Of a stretch of 64,000 nt of DNA, positions 54,456 through 64,000 are shown in pieces (the first letter of the stretch is position 1; every line of letters starts with the position of its first letter). The notes below the pieces were generated by a model that worked only from the letters and a program-made list of their open reading frames with translations, made no database searches and was not told the DNA's origin. The stretch is from contig OZ024748.1 of the NCBI GenBank assembly GCA_964016885.1, positions 55,180,001 to 55,244,000 on the forward strand, given 5' to 3'. The translations under genes were made by a program, and so were the position numbers. The DNA is from Eledone cirrhosa (lineage: Eukaryota).

Positions 54456-55002
54456 CTGATCCGGAATAGCTGGGCAATCTATATATTTGTTTTAGCTTAG
54501 GGGAAATTAAAATTATTCACGCCCAAGCATACTAACACGCTTATATAAGCACACGCACACACACACATATACACACACTTATTTTGAGCTGCTTGGAATT
54601 AATTTCAATGGAATCTCTTTCATCGCAGGCCATCAGCCTGCCCTGGAGCTGTATACTAAGCTAAGTAAATAAACGAGGCATATCTAGAACGTATATCTGT
54701 TTTCACATCCTACAACGTTTTAGAAAGTTAGCATGAAGACGTTTTTAAGTAAGAAACAATAACATATCACACTTTCCTTGTTCAAACAAAGGTTTTTTTT
54801 TTCAACTTTCCAATGAAAGCTATAAGTTTAGTTACTTGCAGCTTAACTTCGTGAGAAGGTTATTCCGTTGATCCAACATCTGGAACACTCATCGTCGGAA
54901 ACGACAAAATTCACCCGCCCCCTACACACACATATATCAAGCGCGCACACTTACATACACACAGACAAACACACACACACGTTAATTATTTTAAAAAATG
55001 AT

Positions 55003-55250
55003 ATCGACTCCGTATGGATGAAAGGCAAAGTTAACCTTGGCGGGATTTGAAATCAGAACGTAAAGGGACGTAACTATGCTAGAAAGCAGGGTCGGACGCC
55101 ATGCTTTCTACCATAGTTACGTCCCTTTAAGTTCTGAGCTCAAATCCCGCCGGGTTAAATTTGCCTTTTATCCTTACGGGGTCGAAAAAATAAAGTACCA
55201 GTAATATACTGGATATTTGCTGACCTTGTGCGAAATGTAGAAACAATTAT
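55003..55250. mobile_element. SINE family A with inverted duplication of its 5' half
   Basis: 55003-55089 is the reverse complement of about 55102-55185. Confidence 0.85.
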
Positions 55251-56468
55251 TAAGAAAAATATTTAATGTTTTTTTCTCTTCTTCAGTGGCAACATATATA
55301 TTGCTAAAGTTTGGAACAGGAAATAAAATACACCTATAAGCTTCAAGATCAAATTTCAGATGGACTACACGTGAGTTTGATTATTTGGTCATTTTCTCAA
55401 TCTTGAACATGAAACATTTAAACTTCTTTTTAAAATTAACTATAATGCCGAGAGCACCATCACTACCAGAATCATAAATGCCTGGACAATGAGCGAAAAC
55501 ACTCTCCAATAATACACAGACAGCTACGTGTCTCTGTTAGACTTGCTAATAATAGCAGCCAAATATTCCTTAACTCACAGGTTTTCTTTGTGAAAAGAGT
55601 AGTGTTACTTATAACCAAACAGTAATATACTAAACCTGGAGATACTAACCTTGTATTCGTTTGTGTACAAAACGTTGTGTACAAAGAAAAAAACAAAAAA
55701 AAAAAATATATACATATATATAACATTAATAAAGATCCTGATGTTACAAGTATCTTTATTAATGTTATTATTATACTGAATCTCCATCGTAACTAAAACA
55801 ATCTCTTCGGAATATATATATATATATATAAAGAATTAGTATATCTACTAACATATATATACAGATGCATACCTATGCTAGCAAATATATAGGTTTTGTC
55901 TTAGTAACTTTGTGGTTCAATGCAAGGGGATGCAGAACAATTATATGAATGACGTAAAATAAGAAAATTATAAAAAATAACTTACTTACTAAAATTTCAC
56001 TCCAACTAATTAGTTTCTGAAAGGGAATAAACATGGTTTCCAAATGGAAAGCATGGAGAAGCCGTTTCGTCATCAGGAAGTCTGTTCTCAGCTAAGATAC
56101 CTGGCGATGCGTAGACACAGGGAACTTATACAAAAATAATTCAGTGGATGGAAAAAAGCAAGCGTGGACTAAATTCCAAGACATTGAAAAAATCACTGAC
56201 TACTTGGTCGGTGGCAAATTCAAAAGAATCAATCAAGTGACATGAAGGTTAATCAGTGAGGAGTGGGTGTTAAAAAGACAGTAGCCAAGCCGTTACTATG
56301 AACTATAGTAGCAGTTTTGGCAAATTTTTGCTCAACAAAATAATTTGGAGATAATTGTAAAGAATTAGTATATCTACCAACATATATATATACAGATGCA
56401 TACCTATGATAGCAAATATATAGGTTTTGTCTAATATATAGGTTTTGACGTAATATTTTACGTCGTTC

Positions 56469-56500
<32 letters not shown>

Positions 56501-56619
56501 ATATGATTCCAGTTGCTCAGAGAAGTAACAAGGCAACCAGGAGCTGGACATATCGGAGTATTGACGGAGTAAAACACACTTCAACAACATGTGTACCTGT
56601 CTCTCCCACACCAGTTCAG

Positions 56620-56674
56620 ACTACCTGAAGAGGTCACAGCCAATGATGGCTGTCACCGAAATATATATAGTAGT
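56620..56674 (+). ncRNA. Type I hammerhead ribozyme (family H12) in an element at about 56495-56825
   Basis: actac CTGAAGA ggtcacagcc-aatgat-ggctgtcacc GAAA tatata TA gtagt, with a 5-bp stem I, 9/10-bp stem II and palindromic stem III. The tail contains gtcgagtgc. Confidence 0.88.
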
Positions 56675-56823
56675 ATATCTATAATTTATAATAAACGAAG
56701 CCAAATTTTTACATATTTGACTTAATTATTTTACATTACTCCGGACTAAACAAATCAGCCTGCGTACTTCGTCGAGTGCTCCAATCTGCATACTGAAGTG
56801 TCGGTAAACAACCAACATATACT

Positions 56824-56869
<46 letters not shown>

Positions 56870-56872
<3 letters not shown>

Positions 56873-57060
56873 GTAAAAAGGAAAAGAAAATGCTGACACA
56901 TTTTTCCCAGTGAAAAATAGTTTAATTAGGAATAAGTATAAATTAGTATTAAGTATTAGTTAGTATTCAGTTTTAGTTTTATGTTTTTACTGGTTGCGCA
57001 TTTCTTATGCTTTTCAAATATAATTTTGAGATAGAGTGCTCTTGATTTTGCTCTAATATG
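56870..57060 (+). mobile_element. Copy related to 10630-10858
   Basis: agaaaatgctgaca...ggttgcgcatttc...ttttgagatagagtgc. Confidence 0.6.
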
Positions 57061-58346
57061 ATCAGTTTTGGAAATTCTTCCTGTTTTATGTGAAAAAAGT
57101 GGCTTCGAAGATATTAAGATTTGGTTGGGAGTTGAATGTCACGTGAAAAAACACTATCAATTTCGCGCCAATTCGTGAAGCTTATAATTTTATTTTAGAT
57201 TAAGGACACTTTTATTCTAATTAATACCTAAAGACCTAGGAAACATTATGATTGTCCCTAAAACAAAGTATATTTGTTTTTTTCACAGGGTTTATAATAA
57301 TACTAATAATGAAAGTTTCACCTACGTAAAGTTCATCTTAAATTTTTTTATAATGCTTCGATTGTTTATAAACATTTGTCTGAATAAAATGATCACATTT
57401 GGAACGGTTTTACCATGTTTTCCCAATCGGAGTCCACATGGTACTCAATTACAACGAAATAACAATTGATATTTTCATCAATTAAATAATCCTGATGAAT
57501 ATATGAGGACGAAGAGTAATTATAGGAGAAAGGGCAGCCTTCCCTTCTCTTTTTCGAAACTTAAAAATAATTGTAGACAGATGGGAAGTTGTCGTCAAAT
57601 CGGAGACCAGTTCCATATTTATACAACAGAGTGGTCTCCACTAAAATTCTTCTAGGTCACAAGGAGCAGATGGTGTTAAATCGAGCGATGGATTGCGTCC
57701 ACTCTCTCTTACAAAGAGTAATCGCATGGACGGATTTCCATAAAGAGGGCTTCTAAGAAATCCTACTTGTTAACTTTTGAAAAAAAACATGTGCCCATAG
57801 TGCCGCATAGAAAGTTCAAACGTGAAACGCGGTAGATGAAAGACAGAGTTTTTATATGACTAGACATGCATACATACGGTTGTTTTACAATTTCTTTAAC
57901 AACTCGGTCATTTACGCAATTAGATAAGTGTTATGCGAGATTTTCATATTTTAATAGCAATTCTGTTGAAATATAAATGGGTTAATACATAGACTTGTGA
58001 AATTTTCTCAGACGGGATATAAATGTGATAATTCGAATTTGGTTGAAATGTGGATGTGTGAACGGTGGTTAGATATATGACTGTGAATGGTTGTTGGTAA
58101 AATTGAAGACATGTGTACGAGGTTACAGATCCTGTTGCTGAGTTCAGTAGAAATAGGTGAATTAAATATTAAACATGATTGACAAGATCTTAATTTAAGG
58201 CAAATGCTTTGGCCTGGATTCAAGTAGCGTTTTTAGATTTATTATCGATGTTATTGGAAAGAATGAAAGAAAAGAAAAGAATTAAGAAAACGCATTGAAA
58301 GGTATATATATATATATATATATATACATACATATATGTATATATG

Positions 58347-58386
<40 letters not shown>

Positions 58387-58468
58387 TGTATATGTATATA
58401 TGTATATATATATATATATACATGTATGTATATATATATATACTTGTATGTATGTATATATATATATG

Positions 58469-58519
<51 letters not shown>

Positions 58520-58656
58520 ATATATATATATGTGTATATATATATATGTGTATATATATATATGTGTATATATATATATGTGTATATATATATATATGTG
58601 TATATATATATGTGTATATATATATATGTGTATATATATATATATGTGTATATATA

Positions 58657-58699
<43 letters not shown>

Positions 58700-58782
58700 A
58701 TATATCTATATGTATATATATATGTATGTATATATATATGTATGTATATACATATGTATATATATGTATATATGTATATTTG

Positions 58783-58815
<33 letters not shown>

Positions 58816-59011
58816 GTATATTTGTATATATATATGTATATTTGTATATATATATGTATATTTGTATATATATATGTATATTTGTATATATATATATATA
58901 TATGTATATATATGTATATATGTATATTTGTATATATATATATATGTATATATATATGTATATATATATGTATATATATGTATATATATATGTATATAAA
59001 TGTATATATAT

Positions 59012-59190
59012 ATTTCACGTTGTTCCAGTTTACTCAGCTGAAAATGAGACCCAGCAATAGCTGGAGGTTTAACCCTGCGATGGATGGCGTCCTATCCAGG
59101 GGGAAGTCTTGTAATCCCAGTCGCTTTACGCCATGAAACCGGTATAAGCACCGGCAAAATGAGCCTTTTGGTTTAACACAGACTTTAGAC
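59012..59190 (+). mobile_element. SINE family B, 3' part (conserved central domain)
   Basis: tttcacgttg.tccagtttactcagctg...aaccctgcgatggatggcgtcctatccagggg...gaaaccgg.ataagc, matching 63217-63490. Confidence 0.75.
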
Positions 59191-59295
59191 TAACGGATGC
59201 CCGCCCAGCCAGTGGGCTGGCGTCATCGTATAGCTAAGACAGCACCTGCTGTGACTAGCGGCGCCGAGTGGCGCCCGACTCACTGGTCGGTCAAG

Positions 59296-59349
<54 letters not shown>

Positions 59350-59978
59350 TATATATATGTATATATACAGGTATATATGTATGTTTAAATATATATATAT
59401 GTATTAGAATTAGTGCTCTGAAATAGCTATATAATAAAGGTCAGTGCTGAATGAAAAGAATTGTGGTGGTAAAGGTGGTGGGGATGATGATGTCGACAAA
59501 GACGTCAACGATGATGATGATGATATTACTAGTGTTAACTCTGATAATAATCATGATATTGGTGCTTATGAGTGGAAACGTAACCTGCAACAAAACAAAC
59601 TAAAAGACAGTAATTACTGTGTTGTTGAGTATGGTGAAACAGTTGGTATTGATGATAAATATAATGATGATGATGATGATGATGATGTTAGCCTCTCCCT
59701 CCCCCCACCCTCCTCAATAAAAAATACAACCACGTTTATAATGATAATGTTAATGCTGTGTTAATAAGAAAGGATATTTATGGGAAATATTGAGTGGCCG
59801 GCTGTCAGTTCAATAACAGCTGTGAGAAGCTTTTAATTTATAAAATTTAGCCGAGGAAAAACACCCATTAATCCATATAACTTAATATATATATATGTAT
59901 ATATAGAAATGACTATCTGTCTGTGTGTATGAAGTATATATGTATGTATACATACATACATATGCACACACAACTATA

Positions 59979-60018
<40 letters not shown>

Positions 60019-60197
60019 TATAACATATATATATATATATATGTATATATACACACACGTATGTGGTTGACGGCTAAGAGGAAAGAGTACTAAATAGTGA
60101 AGTAGAGTTTTAATATTCATAAACAGGCGAAACTCCAGAGTAACAAGACTCACTATTTAACCTTACTATAATAAATATATAATATAAAGAATATATA

Positions 60198-60253
<56 letters not shown>

Positions 60254-60279
60254 AAAATGTTCATATATATATATATATA

Positions 60280-60452
60280 TAGGAAGACCCCGACGGCAGT
60301 GCTCAAGCCGTTTCGACGGCTAACCGTCGAAACGGCTTGAGCTCTGCCGTCGGTGTCTTGAGCATTTTCCTATTAGCCACTCTACTACCCTAAGTATTGA
60401 GTACTCTGGTGCGTTATGTTCCACCTGGTTCCTTACCACGCTTCCTTCGTTA
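60280..60452 (+). mobile_element. Family H8 element: inverted stub + direct arm + tail
   Basis: The stub at 60280-60321 is the inverse of 60323-60372. The tail contains attgagtac. Confidence 0.75.
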
Positions 60453-60684
60453 TATATATATACGTACATACATGAATGTGTATATGCATTCATATGCACT
60501 ATTAGTAAATAAAAAATTATGTAGTTTCGATTCATCTTTTTCAACAATCAAAACAGTAGGAAGAAACATAAAATAGATTACAGTATAGTTGAGGTCATGG
60601 AAGAGAAGCTATGTAATAAGGTTATGTGAATGGTCTCAGAGTTCTTATTAGTTCAATTTCAATAACAATGTCTTTCCATAATTT

Positions 60685-60766
<82 letters not shown>

Positions 60767-60934
60767 ATTCTCTTTCGAAGCCTTATGATTAAAAAAAAAA
60801 GAAGGAAAATATATATTCACAAAACGAAAAGTAAAAACAAGACATACACATATATATATTTATATATATATATATATTAATTATTATTATTATTACTATA
60901 TATATATATATATATATGCATGCACATATATATA

Positions 60935-61002
60935 TGCATATACATATATATATATATGCATATACATATATATGTGTGTGTGCATATACGCACACAGACT
61001 CA

Positions 61003-61057
<55 letters not shown>

Positions 61058-61120
61058 GCATATATATATATATATATATATATATGAATGAGTCTGTGTG
61101 CGTATATGCACACACACACA
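60935..61120. repeat. Fold-back inverted duplication around a TA tract
   Basis: gtgtgcatatacgcacacagactcattcata pairs with tatgaatgagtctgtgtgcgtatatgcacac. Confidence 0.85.
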
Positions 61121-61624
61121 CACACCACACACATATATATATATATATATGTATACTTACATATACTAAGGAGCCAATAGTGAATTAAAAGCCAATCAAG
61201 AATTATTAGTTACATCTTCAATAATATATAATAGTAAATGATCTCGTTAATTTCTTTGCTGCGGATGAGTATAAAGGAATCAATTCTCTGTTGAATTAGG
61301 ATGTTGAAGGGGTTCATATTAATTTTCATTTTCGATTTCATTTCCTTATTTTTGGCTTTTTATTTTTGGTTTCAGTTTATTTTGAGAAGCTGCCAAAGAA
61401 ATGAATCTTCTACGTAATACATATATAGTATAATTTGAAGATTTAGAATGATATCATGATAAAATCATTTCACATGCTCATCTTTAAAATCTATAAGAAA
61501 TTCATTTGTTATTCCCTAACGATACCAAGACACATATTGAATTTAATATGATTGGATTACAGTCGCATTTTCGCCAAAGTGAATAGGGGAGGGAAGGAAA
61601 GTGTCACGTCACAGAGACATGCAT

Positions 61625-61666
<42 letters not shown>

Positions 61667-61721
61667 TTTCTGAATTTGTTTAGCAAGATTCTTTATCTGA
61701 AAACGTGTGTTGAAACCGATA

Positions 61722-61986
61722 TTGTTATGCTTTGGGAGGGTCATGTGGCCAATAAGAAACATACGCACCAGTTGCTTTCACTTCAATTTATTATAAATTA
61801 AATTTATAAATTTAGGAATTTATACATTTCCGGTTGGTTGATTGGTTCCACGACCAGACGATTGTTCATATATTGTCAAAGTTCTTTCGTCACACATTCT
61901 GTGACCTCTTCAGTGTCTGGGATTCTTTTCTTTGTTTTTGTGCCTCTCCTTTGTTCTGTCCTACGCCATCTTGTTTTTGTGTGCCA
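61722..61986 (-). mobile_element. Family H7 element with hammerhead at 61874-61918
   Basis: Reverse complement of 10145-10392. The motif reads CTGAAGA ggtcacagaatgtgtgac GAAA gaactt tgaca. Confidence 0.75.
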
Positions 61987-61993
61987 AAATATA

Positions 61994-62034
<41 letters not shown>

Positions 62035-62098
62035 ATAGTATTCTTTGCTTAACATTTAATTTATTTTAATAAATATATATATATATATATATATATAT

Positions 62099-62153
<55 letters not shown>

Positions 62154-62350
62154 TGTGTTATATATATATATATATATCAATTGATGGGCGTGAGCCCGAA
62201 ATATTGGGATTAAATCTCCACTGCGGTAACCCTTCTACCTTTGTTTTGTTTTCGTTTTTTCGTTTCTCTCAATTTTCACTTCTCTCCTATTTCTCACTCA
62301 CTTCCTACCTCGAGATTTCCCATCTGCATTGTTGTGGCTTTCTAAAGTAC

Positions 62351-62399
<49 letters not shown>

Positions 62400-62714
62400 G
62401 TGGGATTAAAGAATAAGCGAAAGAGAACAGGTAGCAAGGTGATAAAAATAGGTAGATAGATAGATTGATAGAGGGAGAGAGGGACCGGGGGAGTAGGTTT
62501 AAGGAATGTTTGTGGTGGATGTTTGTGAGAAAAAATGTCATGGTGGTTAGGGTGCATATATTATACCTCCTAATTTGCATTTTACAATAAAAAAACTTCA
62601 TATTCTCTCAATGTTTCACTCAAAGATTGGCTGCCAAATCTAGTAATAATATTATAGTTATCTTTGTTTCTGTTGTTTACCTTAAGTTCAACCCTGACTA
62701 TATCTATATACTTA

Positions 62715-62860
62715 GTGAAGGCGCATGGCTTAGTGGTTAGAGCATTGGGCTTGAAATCGAAAGGTTGCGAGTTCAACTCTCGGACCGGGTGATGTGTTGT
62801 TTACTTGAGCAAGACACTTTATTTCACGTTGCTCCAGTTTACTCAGCTGTAGAAATGAGA
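62715..62860 (+). mobile_element. tRNA-derived SINE family B, 5' part
   Basis: A-box tggcttagtgg and B-box gagttcaactc, followed by a non-tRNA body (cttgagcaagacactt). Confidence 0.8.
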
Positions 62861-63216
62861 TAATAGGACTGGGGTCCCTATCATTAAATCACCCAATACA
62901 CCTCCAACGAGATATACCTTGGAGGAGGCCAGCTAAACCTGCATAGGTGAGCTGTAACAACAACAAGAACAATATCTATAAGCAGAGGCTTTCCAACTAC
63001 AGCAATCTAGTTATTCTCTCTGGCATTATCAATATAGGTTTACATTATCCAATGTTTTACTCTTGTTTCGAAGCGATATGGAGAAATTTAAGTAAATATA
63101 TGTCTGATATTTCTAGCAGGTCAACTAACTAAATAGAGCTCCACAAAGTATAAAATAAATTATGGAAATTTTAATATATTCTCTCTTGATTATATAAAGG
63201 TCTACTGTCACTGAGT

Positions 63217-63490
63217 GAAGGAGTGTGGTCTAGTGGTTAGGGTGCTGGACTTATGATCATAATATTGTGCGTTCGATTCCCAGACCAGGTAGCATGTTAT
63301 GTTTTTTGAGCAAAAGACTCCATTTCCCGCTGCTCCGCTGCACTTAGCTGTAAATGAGTGCCAACAGTGACTAGCAGTTAACTGTACGATGGATTGACAC
63401 CCTGTCTAGGAGAGGGTTTACTTTCAGCTACTGAGCGTCGATGAAACCGGTACAAGCGCTGGCTGGATGAACTTAGGGGCTTAGGACACC
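63217..63490 (+). mobile_element. SINE family B, full-length diverged copy
   Basis: A-box tggtctagtgg, B-box cgttcgattccc and the central domain shared with 59012-59190. Confidence 0.75.
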
Positions 63491-63669
63491 AAAATATTTT
63501 CATAAATCAACCAAAAGATAAAATGACTACATCTGCAACATATTTCATCATAGATTTCCTCGATCACTCCAGACATAGAGGCAGCATGACAGAGATAATA
63601 CATGCATGTGTATCGTATCATTTACAAAAAACGTTTTGTGTATTTAAATGAAATATATTGTGTTTAACG

Positions 63670-63830
63670 CAGTGAATTAGCAGTGTCATTAGAGAGTCGA
63701 ATAGATTGCTTTGTGGTATTCGGTCTGGATATCTGCCCTCTGAGTTCAAATCCCACAGAAGTAAACCTTTCCTTTCATCCTTTCGAGGTCAGTAAAAAAG
63801 TACCAGTCTAATACTGGGGTCGATTCATCC
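63670..63830 (+). mobile_element. Older SINE family A-related copy
   Basis: gagttcaaatccc...cctttcatcctttcgaggtc...aagtaccag...ctggggtcgat. Confidence 0.7.
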
Positions 63831-64000
63831 TCTGTATGTCTTTCTCACTTCCTCTTTTTATCCTTGAGTAGAATAAATCGGCCGTACTTAGGTCTGGAGA
63901 GGATTAGGCTCCAGCAGGTTTAAAATGCCTAAGAAAAACCGTATGTCAATAAGACTCCATCAGGAGTTTCATGACCATACTATATTATGTTTAAGGCGTA

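Noticed and set aside
56060-56082. - strand CTGATGAcGAAAcggc
   Set aside because: Stem II is absent and stems I/III do not pair, so it is not counted as a ribozyme.
57490-57520. CTGATGA...ggacGAAG possible hammerhead
   Set aside because: There is no GAAA, no paired stem II and no stem I/III complement.
62715-62790. tRNA gene candidate
   Set aside because: It has A and B boxes but no proper cloverleaf or terminator, and it continues into a SINE body shared with 46128-46247 and 63217-63490.

Overview
This is AT-rich, repeat-saturated animal DNA, intronic or intergenic. The SINE families resemble octopod cephalopod repeats as I recall them; I have not checked this by search. I found no host gene exon, and nearly all listed ORFs are translations of (TA)n, (CA)n, (GA)n, (CAT)n, (CAC)n or (TAG)n microsatellites. 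Coding remnants are all from transposons: a 5'-truncated, internally deleted Tx1/L1-clade LINE (26.4-29.5 kb), a second 3' fragment of it (52.6 kb), RTE fragments, a CRE-like restriction-like-endonuclease fragment and Helitron pieces. About 20 tRNA-derived SINE copies and several MITEs are also present. The main unannotated signal is a set of short (150-650 bp) non-coding elements sitting in (TA)n tracts. They fall into about 10 sequence families and carry minimal type I hammerhead ribozyme motifs (stem I-CTGANGA-stem II-GAAA-short, often palindromic stem III-NTH-stem I'). About 18 complete or near-complete motifs occur in 64 kb. Many are arranged as an inverted arm, a direct arm and a conserved GAGT/GAGC-containing tail. 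This fits truncated pseudo-LTRs of Penelope-like elements that target TA microsatellites. All folds were read by eye and none were computed.
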